A DNA stretch of 33,262 nucleotides, taken from NCBI GenBank assembly GCA_964411615.1, contig CAYPLO010000008.1, positions 1-33,262 of the forward strand, given 5' to 3'. The stretch is from an uncultured Aquificales bacterium (GTDB lineage Bacteria > Thermosulfidibacterota > Thermosulfidibacteria > Thermosulfidibacterales > Thermosulfidibacteraceae). The first letter of the stretch is position 1. Every line of letters starts with the position of its first letter. The notes below the pieces were generated by a model, which was not told the DNA's origin, did no database searches, and saw only the letters and a program-made list of their open reading frames with translations. Below are positions 16,126 to 26,155 of this stretch, one piece after another. A program made the position numbers and the translations under genes.

Positions 16126-18768
16126 ATGGATTCTAAGCAGGTTAGGGAGACCTTTTTGGATTTCTTTGAGAAGAGGGGGCATACCCGGGTCAAAAGCTCC
16201 TCCCTCATCCCCCATGGTGACCCTACTCTGCTCTTCACCAACGCCGGTATGGTCCAGTTCAAAAACGTCTTTCTGGGCCTTGAGAAGCGTCCCTATACCA
16301 GGGCCACATCCTGCCAGAAGTGCATGAGGGCAGGGGGGAAGCACAACGACCTGGAGAATGTGGGAAAGACCGCCAGGCATCACACCTTCTTTGAGATGCT
16401 GGGGAACTTCTCCTTCGGGGATTACTTCAAGAGGGAGGCCATTCTGTTTGCCTGGGAGCTTCTAACCGAGGTCTATAAGCTCCCCAAGGATAGGCTCTGG
16501 GTGACCATATACAGGGACGATGACGAGGCCTTTGATATATGGACGAGGGAGGTGGGATTCCCTGCGGATAGGATTGTGCGAATGGGGGAGAAGGATAACT
16601 TCTGGTCCATGGGTGATACAGGCCCCTGTGGTCCCTGTTCGGAGATTATCATAGACCAGGGCGAGGATATGGCCTGTGGACCCAATTGTGGTGTTGACAC
16701 CTGCGACTGCGACAGGTTCCTTGAGCTGTGGAACCTGGTTTTCATGCAGTACAACAGGGATGAGTCGGGGAGGCTGGAGCCCCTTCCCAAACCCAGCATA
16801 GATACGGGTATGGGGCTTGAGAGGATAACGGCGGTGCTGCAGGGGGTCAGGAGCAACTTTGATACGGACCTCTTCAGGCCCATAATAGAGTTCATCTGCA
16901 ACGAGACAGGAGTGGGCTATGGAGATTCTGAGAAAGGCGATGTTTCCATAAGGGTTATAGCGGACCACGCCAGGGCCACAGCTTTCCTCCTGGCTGATGG
17001 GCTTCTCCCTTCAAACGAGGGGAGGGGATACGTTCTCAGGCGCATCATAAGGAGGGCCTCCAGATACGCCAAGATTCTCGGTTATGAGAAGCCCCTGCTG
17101 TACAGGGTGTGTGGGGTGGTGGTTGATGTAATGGGGGATGTTTATCCCGAGCTCGTGGATGCTAAGGACTTCATAGCACAGGTGGCTAAGGCTGAGGAGG
17201 AGAGGTTCGCCCATACCCTTGAGCAGGGGATGAGGGTTCTGGATGAGGTAATAGGGGAGGTTAAGGCCAAGGGAGGCGATACGATACCTGGAGAGGCACT
17301 GTTCAGGCTCTACGACACCTACGGCTTCCCGCTGGATTTGGTCCAGGATGCCGCCAATGAGGAGGGGCTCAAGCTGGATATGGAGGGGTTTGAGCGGTGT
17401 ATGCAGGTGCAGAGGGAGAAGGCCAGGGCCTCCTGGGTTGGAGCCGCCGATGAGGCCACAGAGCCCGTTTACAGGGAGGCCAGGGAGAGGTGTGGTGCCA
17501 CCAGGTTCATGGGCTACGAGGTGGACTCTATCAGAACGAAGGTGGTGGGAATCGTGAAGGATGGTGGGCTTGTAGAGGAGCTCTCTGAGGGGGAGGAGGG
17601 GGAGCTTATACTGGCTGAAACCCCCTTCTACGGTGAGTCTGGAGGTCAGGTGGGTGATACAGGTGTTGTCCGTGGCGATAACGGCCTCTTTGATGTGGAG
17701 GATACCCAGAAGCCCTTGGAGGACCTTTACGTTCACAGGGGAAGGGTCAGAAGAGGGGTCATAAGGGTGGGAGATGAGGTGGAGGCCACCATAGATACAT
17801 CCAAAAGGAGGAATACGGAGGCCCATCACACCGCAACCCACCTTCTGCACTGGGCTTTGAGGGAGGTTCTTGGGCCCCATGTGAGGCAGGCAGGCTCCCT
17901 TGTGTCTCCTGAGAGGTTGAGGTTTGACTTCACTCACTTTAAGGCCCTCACACAGGAGGAGATTGAGAGGATAGAGCGGATGATAAACGAGAGGATATGG
18001 GCGGACTACGATGTGTACAAGTTTGAGACGTCCATAGATGAGGCCCTTGAGATGGGGGCCATGGCCCTGTTTGGAGAGAAGTACGGGGAGAGGGTGAGGG
18101 TGGTTAAGGTTGGAGACTTCAGTATAGAGCTGTGCGGTGGTACCCATGTGTCCAGAACGGGGAATATAGGGTTGTTTAAGGTTGTCCACGAGTCTGCCGT
18201 CTCTGCGGGGGTTAGGAGGATAGAGGCTGTATGCAGGGAGGCGGCCTACGAGTATATGCTGCGCAAGGAGAGGATAGTCAGGGATGTGGATGAGCTGCTG
18301 AAGGCCAGAGAGGGTGAAGAGGCGGCTAAGATAGAGCGCCTTTACAGGAGGATTAAAGAGCTTGAGAAGGAGCTTGAGAGGGCCAAGAGCTTCTCCGCCT
18401 CCGATGTGATAGAGGAGATAGTCAGGAACTCCGTTGAGGTGGATGACTACAAGGTGGCCTGGGGTGTGGTTGATGGTGCCGACATGGGCATGCTCAGGGA
18501 TATGGTGGACCAGCTCAAGAAGAGGTTGAAGAGGGGAGTGGTTCTTGTGGCTTCAAAGACGGACAGGGGAGTCTCCATGGTTGTTGGTGTCACCTCTGAC
18601 CTTATAGACAGGTTCCACGCAGGCTTCATGGTGAAGGAGGTTGCCTCTGTGGTTGGAGGAGGCGGAGGGGGGCGTCCCGATATGGCCCAGGCGGGAGGCA
18701 GGGATGCTTCCAAACTTGATGAGGCTATAGAGAGGTTCAAGAGGATTGCTGGGGTTAAGGAGGGTTAA
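16126..18768 (+). CDS. alaS: Alanyl-tRNA synthetase
   Basis: DPTLLFTNAGMVQFK, RHHTFFEMLGNFSFGDYFK, IDTGMGLER, editing motifs HTATHLLH and ELCGGTH, GGGGGRPDMAQAGG. Confidence 0.98.
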   Translation: MDSKQVRETFLDFFEKRGHTRVKSSSLIPHGDPTLLFTNAGMVQFKNVFLGLEKRPYTRATSCQKCMRAGGKHNDLENVGKTARHHTFFEMLGNFSFGDYFKREAILFAWELLTEVYKLPKDRLWVTIYRDDDEAFDIWTREVGFPADRIVRMGEKDNFWSMGDTGPCGPCSEIIIDQGEDMACGPNCGVDTCDCDRFLELWNLVFMQYNRDESGRLEPLPKPSIDTGMGLERITAVLQGVRSNFDTDLFRPIIEFICNETGVGYGDSEKGDVSIRVIADHARATAFLLADGLLPSNEGRGYVLRRIIRRASRYAKILGYEKPLLYRVCGVVVDVMGDVYPELVDAKDFIAQVAKAEEERFAHTLEQGMRVLDEVIGEVKAKGGDTIPGEALFRLYDTYGFPLDLVQDAANEEGLKLDMEGFERCMQVQREKARASWVGAADEATEPVYREARERCGATRFMGYEVDSIRTKVVGIVKDGGLVEELSEGEEGELILAETPFYGESGGQVGDTGVVRGDNGLFDVEDTQKPLEDLYVHRGRVRRGVIRVGDEVEATIDTSKRRNTEAHHTATHLLHWALREVLGPHVRQAGSLVSPERLRFDFTHFKALTQEEIERIERMINERIWADYDVYKFETSIDEALEMGAMALFGEKYGERVRVVKVGDFSIELCGGTHVSRTGNIGLFKVVHESAVSAGVRRIEAVCREAAYEYMLRKERIVRDVDELLKAREGEEAAKIERLYRRIKELEKELERAKSFSASDVIEEIVRNSVEVDDYKVAWGVVDGADMGMLRDMVDQLKKRLKRGVVLVASKTDRGVSMVVGVTSDLIDRFHAGFMVKEVASVVGGGGGGRPDMAQAGGRDASKLDEAIERFKRIAGVKEG

Positions 18769-18769
18769 G

Positions 18770-20062
18770 ATGAAGGTACTGGTTGTGGGACAGGGGGGAA
18801 GGGAGCACGCCCTTGCCTGGAAGATTGCACAGAGTCCGAAGGTGGAGAGGGTCTTTGTGGCCCCTGGAAATGCCGGTATAGCCGAGGAGCCCAAGACCTG
18901 TTGTGTGGATATACCCGCCAGTGAGTTAGAGGCACTGAGGGACTTTGCACTTAAGGAGAAGATAGACCTTACCGTTGTGGGGCCTGAGGAACCTCTGGTT
19001 CGTGGTATAGTGGATGTGTTTGAGGAGGCGGGGCTCGTCATATTTGGCCCCAGGAGGGAGGCGGCCATCCTTGAGGGTAGCAAGGCCTTCGCCAAGAACT
19101 TCATGAAGGAGATGGGTATCCCCACCGCCGAGTTTGAGGTCTTTGACGACCCTGACAGGGCCAAGGATTACATACGCTCTAAGGGTGCCCCCATAGTGGT
19201 TAAGGCCGATGGGCTGGCTGCCGGTAAGGGTAGCATAGTCTGCAAGACTGTGGAGGAGGCCCTGAACGCCGTTGACAGGATAATGGTTGAGAGGGTCTTT
19301 GGTAGCGCCGGCGATAAGGTGGTGGTTGAGGAGTTTATGAGGGGAGAGGAGGCCTCCTTTATAGTGATAACCGACGGGGAGCACGTGGTTCCCCTTGCCT
19401 CTTCCCAGGACCATAAGCCCGTGTACGACAACGATGAGGGGCCCAACACGGGAGGTATGGGGGCCTATTCCCCTGCCCCTGTGGTTACACAGGAGGTCTT
19501 TGATAGGACCATGAATGAGATAGTCTATCCCACCATAAGGGGTATGAGGGAGAGAGGGGTTCCCTTTAAGGGAGTGCTGTATGTGGGGCTCATGATAATA
19601 GACGATAAGTATCCCAAGGTCCTGGAGTATAACGTGAGGTTTGGGGACCCTGAGGCCCAGCCCATCCTCATGAGGATGACCTCTGACCTTGTGGATGCCA
19701 TTCTGGCATCTATAGAGGGTGGGCTTGATAAGTGCACCATAGAGTACACAGATGAGGCCTCGGTCTGTGTGGTTATGGCCTCTGGCGGCTATCCCGGTAA
19801 GTACGAGAAGGGTAAGGTGATAACGGGCCTTGAGGATGTGGCCGGTATGGATAAGGTGAAGGTCTTCCATGCTGGGACCAAGAAGGTGGATGGGAAGTTC
19901 GTCACCAACGGGGGCAGGGTCCTCGGTGTAACGGCTCTTGGCACAGGCATAAAGGAGGCCATAGATAGGGCCTATGAGGCTGTGTCTAAGATAAGCTGGG
20001 AGGGGGTCCACTACAGGAGGGATATAGGAAGGAAGGCCCTCAGGAGGCTGGGACTGGTTTGA
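18770..20062 (+). CDS. purD: Phosphoribosylamine-glycine ligase
   Basis: GQGGREHALAW, VVGPE, LEGSKAFAK, KADGLAAGKG, GPNTGGMGAYSP, EYNVRFGDPE, TNGGRVL. ATG 18770 follows AAGGAGG. Confidence 0.98.
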   Translation: MKVLVVGQGGREHALAWKIAQSPKVERVFVAPGNAGIAEEPKTCCVDIPASELEALRDFALKEKIDLTVVGPEEPLVRGIVDVFEEAGLVIFGPRREAAILEGSKAFAKNFMKEMGIPTAEFEVFDDPDRAKDYIRSKGAPIVVKADGLAAGKGSIVCKTVEEALNAVDRIMVERVFGSAGDKVVVEEFMRGEEASFIVITDGEHVVPLASSQDHKPVYDNDEGPNTGGMGAYSPAPVVTQEVFDRTMNEIVYPTIRGMRERGVPFKGVLYVGLMIIDDKYPKVLEYNVRFGDPEAQPILMRMTSDLVDAILASIEGGLDKCTIEYTDEASVCVVMASGGYPGKYEKGKVITGLEDVAGMDKVKVFHAGTKKVDGKFVTNGGRVLGVTALGTGIKEAIDRAYEAVSKISWEGVHYRRDIGRKALRRLGLV

Positions 20063-20919
20063 CCGTTGAGATTATAGCCTCTGATAGCTTAGGTGTTAGA
20101 AGCATGGCCACCTGTGTTGAGGCAGGTGGCCTTACTTTTATTATAGACCCCGGTGTGGCCCTTGGACCTTCCAGGTATGGACTTCCCCCTCATCCGGTTG
20201 AGCTGGCTGCAAAGGAGCGTCTCTGGCGCAGGGTTGTGGAGAGGGCAGAGAGGGCCCATGTGGTTGTTATCACCCACTACCACTACGACCATCACAATCC
20301 TAAGGAGCCTGAGCTTTTCCGTGATAAGGTCCTCCTTATAAAAGACCCTGAGAAGAACATAAATAGAAGTCAGAGGGGGAGGGCCCGGTTCTTCCTGGAT
20401 GCGGTGAGGGAGGTGGCAAGGGAGATAGAGGTGGCAGATGGCAGGGAGTTTGATTTTGGCTCTGTGAGACTTCTCTTCTCTCCTGCCCAGCCCCACGGAT
20501 TTACCAGCAGGCTTGGTTACGTTCTTCAGGTGCTGATTGAAGAAGGGGGTAAGAGGTTTCTCTACACCTCTGACATACAGGGGGCACCTTTGCCTGAGCA
20601 CGTTGACTTCATACTGGACACCAGACCGGATATCATCTTTATGGACGGTCCCGCCACCTATCTCTACCCCGTTAGGTTCTCTCCCAAGGCCCTTGAGGCT
20701 TCCTTGGAGCATATATCGCTGATTCTGGATAGGGTTGGTCCTGAGCATCTTATTGTGGACCACCACACCACCAGGGATATAAACTACATGAGGTGGTTTA
20801 AGGGTCTCAGGACCATCACAGCTGCCCGTTTTATGGGAAAAGAGGAGATGTTCTTGGAAGCGTGGAGGAAGAGGCTTTACAGGGATGAGGTTGGCTTTTC
20901 GCCTGAGCAGGTACAATAG
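20059..20919 (+). CDS. UPF0282-like metallo-beta-lactamase-fold hydrolase
   Basis: SDSLGVRSMA, IDPGVALGPSRYGLPPHPVE, THYHYDH, PHG, SDIQG, DGP, VDHH. Confidence 0.8.
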   Translation: MTVEIIASDSLGVRSMATCVEAGGLTFIIDPGVALGPSRYGLPPHPVELAAKERLWRRVVERAERAHVVVITHYHYDHHNPKEPELFRDKVLLIKDPEKNINRSQRGRARFFLDAVREVAREIEVADGREFDFGSVRLLFSPAQPHGFTSRLGYVLQVLIEEGGKRFLYTSDIQGAPLPEHVDFILDTRPDIIFMDGPATYLYPVRFSPKALEASLEHISLILDRVGPEHLIVDHHTTRDINYMRWFKGLRTITAARFMGKEEMFLEAWRKRLYRDEVGFSPEQVQ

Positions 20920-22042
20920 GTACAGTTTCATCCCGCTTTTCGGGTTTGCCAGAAGGTTCGGTGAGACTCTCCTCTGTAACAGTGCCCATGATATTCTGGA
21001 ATGTTCCCCCCATCTGGTCTTCTACTCCTTCATGAGTCCCCACGCTCCGGATGTCTATTCCGAGGTGTCCAGACTGAGGGGGATGTTGAAGGGTACGCTG
21101 TTTGTGGCAGGTGGACCCCACCCTACAGCTCTGCCCAATGAGGTCCTTGAGGAGGGATTTGACTCCGTTGTGGTGGGGGAGGGGGAAGGAGTGTTTGTGA
21201 AGCTACTTGAGGATGCGACCAAGGGGAGGTTGAAGCCCGTATATAGGGGCTCTGCCGGGGATTTCCCTCTCTACTCCCTTGCAGATTCTCCCTACACAGG
21301 GCCCGTTGAGCTCGTGAGGGGCTGTCCCTTCGGGTGCAGGTACTGTCAGGTATCTTATATGTTTGGCAGAAGGCCCCGCTGTAGACCTCTGGAGCAGGTG
21401 CTTTCCGAGGCAGAGGTTTTGCTTGAAAGGGGAAGGAGGTTTGTAAGATTCATAGCCCCCAATGCCCTCTCATACATGTCTGAGGATGGGGTGTCTCCCA
21501 ACGTGGAGGTCTTGAGGTCTCTGTTCAGTGGGCTTAAGGCCTTAGGTGTGGAGCAGGTATTCTTCGGCTCCTTCCCTTCGGAGGTGAGGCCGGACTCTGT
21601 GACTCCGGAAGCGGTGGAACTCATGGCCCAGTTCTGCTCCAACAGGAGGGTTGTGGTGGGTGCACAGAGCGGCAGCCCCAGGATGCTTGAGCTCATGGGC
21701 AGGGGGCACGGCGTTGAGGATGTGAAGAGGGCTGTTGAGATTCTCAATTCCTTCGGTTTTGAGGTCTCCTTAGACTTCATCTTCGGCCTTCCCGGTGAGA
21801 CGGAGAGGGATATGGAGCTGACACTTGCCCTTATAGAGGAACTTTACGGCAGATTCAGGGTGAGGGTTCATGCCCACAGCTTCCTGCCCCTTCCCGGGAC
21901 TCCCTGGGCTAAGGCTTCCCCTGCTCCCATTCCCAAGTGGGTTAAGAGGAGGTTGCACATGTGGGAGCGCCAGGGGCTTCTTGATGGTAACTGGGTGCAG
22001 CAGGAGAGGATGGGGAGGGTGCTGTGTCGGATGTCCGCATAG
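20885..22042 (+). CDS. B12-binding domain/radical SAM protein (MJ_1487/TIGR04013-like)
   Basis: YSFMS, AGGPHPT, VVGEGE, RGCPFGCRYCQ, FIAPNALSY, FFGSFPSEVRP, GAQSGS, DFIFGLPGE, HSFLPLPGTP. Confidence 0.85.
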   Translation: MRLAFRLSRYNRYSFIPLFGFARRFGETLLCNSAHDILECSPHLVFYSFMSPHAPDVYSEVSRLRGMLKGTLFVAGGPHPTALPNEVLEEGFDSVVVGEGEGVFVKLLEDATKGRLKPVYRGSAGDFPLYSLADSPYTGPVELVRGCPFGCRYCQVSYMFGRRPRCRPLEQVLSEAEVLLERGRRFVRFIAPNALSYMSEDGVSPNVEVLRSLFSGLKALGVEQVFFGSFPSEVRPDSVTPEAVELMAQFCSNRRVVVGAQSGSPRMLELMGRGHGVEDVKRAVEILNSFGFEVSLDFIFGLPGETERDMELTLALIEELYGRFRVRVHAHSFLPLPGTPWAKASPAPIPKWVKRRLHMWERQGLLDGNWVQQERMGRVLCRMSA

Positions 22043-22899
22043 TGGTGGCAAAAACTGCAGGGTTCTGCTTTGGGGTGAAGAGGGCGGTGAGGATAGCCTG
22101 TGAGACGGCGGCCTCTGCCGATGGTCCCGTCTTCACCTTGGGACCCCTTATACATAACCCCCAAGTTGTTGAGTGGCTTAAGGAAAAGGGGGTTGGGGTG
22201 GTGGAGTCTGCCCGTGATCTGCCGCAGGGGGCGTGGGTGATTGTCAGGTCCCACGGTATCCCCAAGGAGCTTCTGAATTGGCTTAAGGAGTCGGGGTTCA
22301 GGGTGGTTGATGCAACCTGCCCCTTTGTTAAGAAGGCCCAGGAGATTGTGGCATCTCTGGTCTGCGAGGACTTCTCGGTGGTGATAGTTGGGGACAGGGA
22401 CCATCCGGAGGTTAAGGCCCTCGTCTCCTACGGGGATGGCAGGGCCGTCATATACCCTGAGTTACCTGAAGATGGCGGACGGGTCGGTTTCGTGGCCCAG
22501 ACCACCCAGATTATGGACCGGTATCTGGAGTGTGTATCTAAGGCTATTGAGAGGTTGTCCTTCTCTGAGGTGAGGGTCCACAATACTGTGTGCAGGTCCA
22601 CCGCCGAGAGGCAGATGGAGTGTGTTAATATTGCCAAGGTCTCCGATGTGCTGGTGGTTGTGGGGGGCAGGAACAGCGCCAACACCAGGAAGCTTGTGGA
22701 TATAGGGGTGGCCTCTGGTAGGGAGACCCATCATATAGAGGTGGCAGAAGAGCTGGACCCCTCTTGGTTTTTGGGTAAAAGGGTGATAGGGATAACCGCT
22801 GGAGCTTCCACCCCCGACTGGATAATATCCCAGGTGGTGGAAGAGGTGAGAAGGATAACGGGAGGTGTGGTTGATGGAGGAGAGACAGGAGAACCTTAG
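22024..22899 (+). CDS. ispH: 4-hydroxy-3-methylbut-2-enyl diphosphate reductase
   Basis: AGFCFGVKRA, LIHNPQV, RSHG, DATCPFV, HPEV, AQTT, NTVC, SANT, TAGASTP. Confidence 0.96.
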   Translation: MSDVRIVVAKTAGFCFGVKRAVRIACETAASADGPVFTLGPLIHNPQVVEWLKEKGVGVVESARDLPQGAWVIVRSHGIPKELLNWLKESGFRVVDATCPFVKKAQEIVASLVCEDFSVVIVGDRDHPEVKALVSYGDGRAVIYPELPEDGGRVGFVAQTTQIMDRYLECVSKAIERLSFSEVRVHNTVCRSTAERQMECVNIAKVSDVLVVVGGRNSANTRKLVDIGVASGRETHHIEVAEELDPSWFLGKRVIGITAGASTPDWIISQVVEEVRRITGGVVDGGETGEP

Positions 22900-24535
22900 C
22901 ATGGAGTCCCTCTACGAGGAGACCTTCAGGAGGTTGCACCCTGGGGAGATAGTGAAGGGGAAGGTGGTGGCCGTCACAGATAACGAGGTGCTTGTGGATG
23001 TGGGATACAAGGCCGAAGGAGCCATCCCCAAGGTGGAGTTTGCAGAGGTTCCTCAGGTGGGGGACGAAGTTGAAGTCTTTGTGAGGAGCCTTTCGGGTGA
23101 AAGTGGGATAGTCCTTTCTAAGAGAGAGGCCGATAGAAGGAGGCGCTGGGAGGAGATACTGAGGGCCAAGGAGGAGGGGTCTCCTGTCTCTGGCGTGATA
23201 AGGGAGAGGGTTAAGGGGGGATACAGGGTTGACCTTGGAGGATACATAGCCTTTATGCCCCAGTCCCAGTCCGATTTGAGGCCTCTGAGCGACCCTGACA
23301 GTATTGTGGGGGAGACGTCAAACTTCAAGGTCCTTGATGCAAAGATGGAGGGCAAGAATCCCAACATAGTGGTCTCCCGGAGAGCCTGGTTGCAGGAGGA
23401 GCTGGAGAGGGAAAGGGAGGCGTTCTGGAACAGGCTCGTTGAGGGCAAGGTGATAGAGGGGCAGGTTAAGAGAATAGTTGACTATGGAGTCTTTGTGGAC
23501 CTGGGGCCTGAAACGGGCTTTATGCATATCTCGGATATATCCTGGAAGCGGATATCCCATCCTTCGGAGGTGCTCAAGGAGGGGCAGAGGATATGGGTAA
23601 AGGTCCTCTCCTTTGACAGGGAGAAGAGGAAGATATCCCTTGGCATGAAGCAGCTCACCCCCGACCCCTGGGAGGATGTGGACAGAAAGTATCCTGAGGG
23701 TTCTCGGGTTAAGGGGCGGGTTCAGAGGCTTGTTGATTTTGGTGCCTTTGTGGAGCTTGAGGAGGGGGTTGAGGGGCTTGTCCATATATCGGAGTTCTCC
23801 TGGACCAGACGCGTGAAGCACCCTTCTGAGATGGTTAAGGAGGGGGACGAGGTTGAGTGTGTGGTGATAGGTGTTGACAAGGAGAGGCGCCGCATATCCC
23901 TCTCACTTAAACGTGTAGAGGAGAATCCGTGGGAGAGGGTTGAGGAGAGGTACCCTGTGGATTCGGTGGTTAAGGGGAAGGTGGTGAAGGTTCTTCCCAA
24001 CAGGGTGATTGTGGAGCTGGAGAAAGGCGTGGAGGCCTTTGTGAACGCCGAGGACCTCACCTGGAGCAGGAGGCTTCGCAGACCCTCGGATGTTGTGAAG
24101 GTGGGGGATGAGGTCCAGGTTCGCATCCTTGAGGTTGACCCTAAGCGCAGGAGGATAAGGGCGGGGATAAAGCAGGTGCTGCCCGACCCATGGGAGCTGT
24201 TCCTGGCAAATTACAGGGAAGGGGATGTGATAGAGGGGGAGGTTACGAGCATTACGGATTTTGGTGCCTTCGTTAAGATAACCGATGAGGTTGAGGGTCT
24301 GGTCCATGTCTCTCAGCTGGACGATAAGAAGGTGAACAGGCCTGAAGACGTGGTGAAGGTGGGGGACAGGGTGAAGGCCGTCATCATGAAGATAGACGGC
24401 GAGAACAGGCGGGTCTCCCTCTCAATAAAGGAGTACAAGCTCATGAAGGAGAAGGAGGAGGTCGGCCAGCTCATCTCCCATGAGGGGGGAGGATTCAAGC
24501 TGGGCGATATACTTAAGGACGTGCTCAAGAAGTGA
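22874..24535 (+). CDS. rpsA: 30S ribosomal protein S1
   Basis: Six S1 repeats (DYGVFVDLG, DFGAFVEL, EGLVHISE, ISLGMKQ). ATG 22874 lies 8 nt after GGAGG. Confidence 0.96.
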   Translation: MEERQENLSMESLYEETFRRLHPGEIVKGKVVAVTDNEVLVDVGYKAEGAIPKVEFAEVPQVGDEVEVFVRSLSGESGIVLSKREADRRRRWEEILRAKEEGSPVSGVIRERVKGGYRVDLGGYIAFMPQSQSDLRPLSDPDSIVGETSNFKVLDAKMEGKNPNIVVSRRAWLQEELEREREAFWNRLVEGKVIEGQVKRIVDYGVFVDLGPETGFMHISDISWKRISHPSEVLKEGQRIWVKVLSFDREKRKISLGMKQLTPDPWEDVDRKYPEGSRVKGRVQRLVDFGAFVELEEGVEGLVHISEFSWTRRVKHPSEMVKEGDEVECVVIGVDKERRRISLSLKRVEENPWERVEERYPVDSVVKGKVVKVLPNRVIVELEKGVEAFVNAEDLTWSRRLRRPSDVVKVGDEVQVRILEVDPKRRRIRAGIKQVLPDPWELFLANYREGDVIEGEVTSITDFGAFVKITDEVEGLVHVSQLDDKKVNRPEDVVKVGDRVKAVIMKIDGENRRVSLSIKEYKLMKEKEEVGQLISHEGGGFKLGDILKDVLKK

Positions 24536-25380
24536 GGGATATGAGGTTCCTGAGGGCCCTTATCCTCTTCCTTCTGCTCATTGGCCTTGGTGCCGCACTT
24601 GAAAGGTACCAGTCCATATTCGGGGGCAAGAGGATAGCGGTGGTCCATCTTGACGGGGTGATAACCTCAAAGACCCCTGACAGCCTCATCCCACTTCTGA
24701 GAGAGGCCCTTAACAGGAATGATATAGCCGGTATCATACTGAGGATAGACAGTCCTGGTGGTGCCGTTGCTCCCAGTCAGGAGCTTTACAGGTTCATAGT
24801 TGAGCACAGGAAGGACAAGCCCATATACGCCTCCATAGGGACCGTGGGGGCTTCCGGTGCCTACTATGTGGCCTCTGCCTGTGATAAGATTTACGCAGAT
24901 GCGGGAAGCCTTGTGGGCAGTATAGGTGTCATCTTCACCTTCTCCGAGTTCAGGGAGCTTCTCAAGAAGGTAGGTATAAAGCCTGTGGTGTTGAAAAGTG
25001 GCAGGTTCAAGGATGTGGGCTCTCCCTTCAGGGAGATGACCCCTGAGGAGAGGGAGTACATAAAGGGCCTCCTTGACGAGATACACCGGCAGTTTGTGGA
25101 GGATGTGGCTAAGGGCCGCAATTTGCCCGTTGAGAAGGTGAGGGAGGTTGCCGACGGCAGGGTCTTTACAGGCGAGAGGGCCCAGGAGCTCTCCCTGGTG
25201 GATGGGGTCAGGTCCTTCTGGGAGGTGGTTGGGATACTTTCAAAGGACCTGGGCTACAAAAGGCCCCTTGAGACTGTTGAGCTTAAGAAGAAGAGGAGTA
25301 TATGGGAAGCCCTCAGGGCCCAGATGGTTGAGCTGGTCAGGGATATAAAATCAGAACTGCTGGAGGAGGGAATAAGATGA
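24532..25380 (+). CDS. sppA: Signal peptide peptidase SppA (short, 36K type)
   Basis: N-terminal TM segment, RIDSPGG, GASGAYY, VGSIGV, KSGRFKD, ADGRVFTG. Follows rpsA. Start is GTG 24532 or ATG 24541. Confidence 0.93.
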   Translation: MRDMRFLRALILFLLLIGLGAALERYQSIFGGKRIAVVHLDGVITSKTPDSLIPLLREALNRNDIAGIILRIDSPGGAVAPSQELYRFIVEHRKDKPIYASIGTVGASGAYYVASACDKIYADAGSLVGSIGVIFTFSEFRELLKKVGIKPVVLKSGRFKDVGSPFREMTPEEREYIKGLLDEIHRQFVEDVAKGRNLPVEKVREVADGRVFTGERAQELSLVDGVRSFWEVVGILSKDLGYKRPLETVELKKKRSIWEALRAQMVELVRDIKSELLEEGIR

Positions 25381-25661
25381 CCAAGATGGAGCTTATAGAA
25401 AGGATAGCCCAGGAGTGCGATGTTACCAAAAAGGATGCGGAGCTTGCGGTGAACGCCATCTTCAACTCCATAATGGAGGCCTTGGACAGGGGAGAGAAGG
25501 TTGAGCTGAGGGGCTTTGGTGTGTTCAGGGTCAGGGAGAAGGCCGCCAGGATTGGCCGCAACCCCAGAACGGGGGAGAAGGTGGAGGTGCCCTCCAAGAG
25601 GGTTCCCTACTTCAAACCTGGCAGGGAGTTGAAGAGGGCGGTTAACGAGATGAGAAGATGA
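25377..25661 (+). CDS. ihfB: IHF-beta/HU family DNA-binding protein
   Basis: MTKMELI, VELRGFGVF, GRNPRTGE, VPYFKPGREL. rpsA-sppA-ihfB gene order. Confidence 0.8.
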   Translation: MTKMELIERIAQECDVTKKDAELAVNAIFNSIMEALDRGEKVELRGFGVFRVREKAARIGRNPRTGEKVEVPSKRVPYFKPGRELKRAVNEMRR

Positions 25662-26155
25662 AGATAGGGGTGGTCTCAGACACCCACATACCCGTTGTGG
25701 CCCCCTCCATACCCCAGAGGGTGCTGGAGGTCTTTGCCAGGGAGGGGGTATCCCTCATACTGCACGCCGGTGATGTGGTCTCCGAGGAGGGGTTGTACGA
25801 TTTGATGTCTGTGGCCCCTGTGAGGGCGGTGGCTGGCAACATGGACAGACCCTCCATAAGGGACAGCTACCCTGATGTTGATGTTTTTGAGGTTGAGGGT
25901 GTGAGGTTTCTGCTGACCCACGGATGGGGGGACCCATTCACCCTTCCAAGGAGGATACTTGAGACCTACAGGAACAGAGGGGTTCGTGTGATGGTCTTTG
26001 GCCATTCCCACAGGCCCTTTAATGAGGAGGTGGAGGGGGTGCTTCTCTTCAATCCGGGAAGCCCCACCGACACCATCTACGCTCCCAGGAGGAGCTTTGG
26101 CATACTTGAGGTTGAAGAGGGTAGGGTTAGCGGTAGCATTATCTTTCTGGATTAG
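25658..26155 (+). CDS. YfcE/MJ0936-family metallophosphoesterase
   Basis: SDTH, HAGD, GNMD, THG, FGHSH, NPGS. Confidence 0.92.
   Translation: MKIGVVSDTHIPVVAPSIPQRVLEVFAREGVSLILHAGDVVSEEGLYDLMSVAPVRAVAGNMDRPSIRDSYPDVDVFEVEGVRFLLTHGWGDPFTLPRRILETYRNRGVRVMVFGHSHRPFNEEVEGVLLFNPGSPTDTIYAPRRSFGILEVEEGRVSGSIIFLD

Noticed and set aside
17011..20931. Long antisense ORFs (17011-18189, 18926-20011, 20089-20931)
   Set aside because: They are shadows of alaS, purD and the MBL gene. Their Leu/Pro/His-rich composition is the complement of purine-rich sense codons, and they carry no motifs.
22874..24535. Internal DNA repeats such as gattttggtgcctt
   Set aside because: Explained by the S1 domain repeats of ribosomal protein S1. 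Not CRISPR or mobile repeats.
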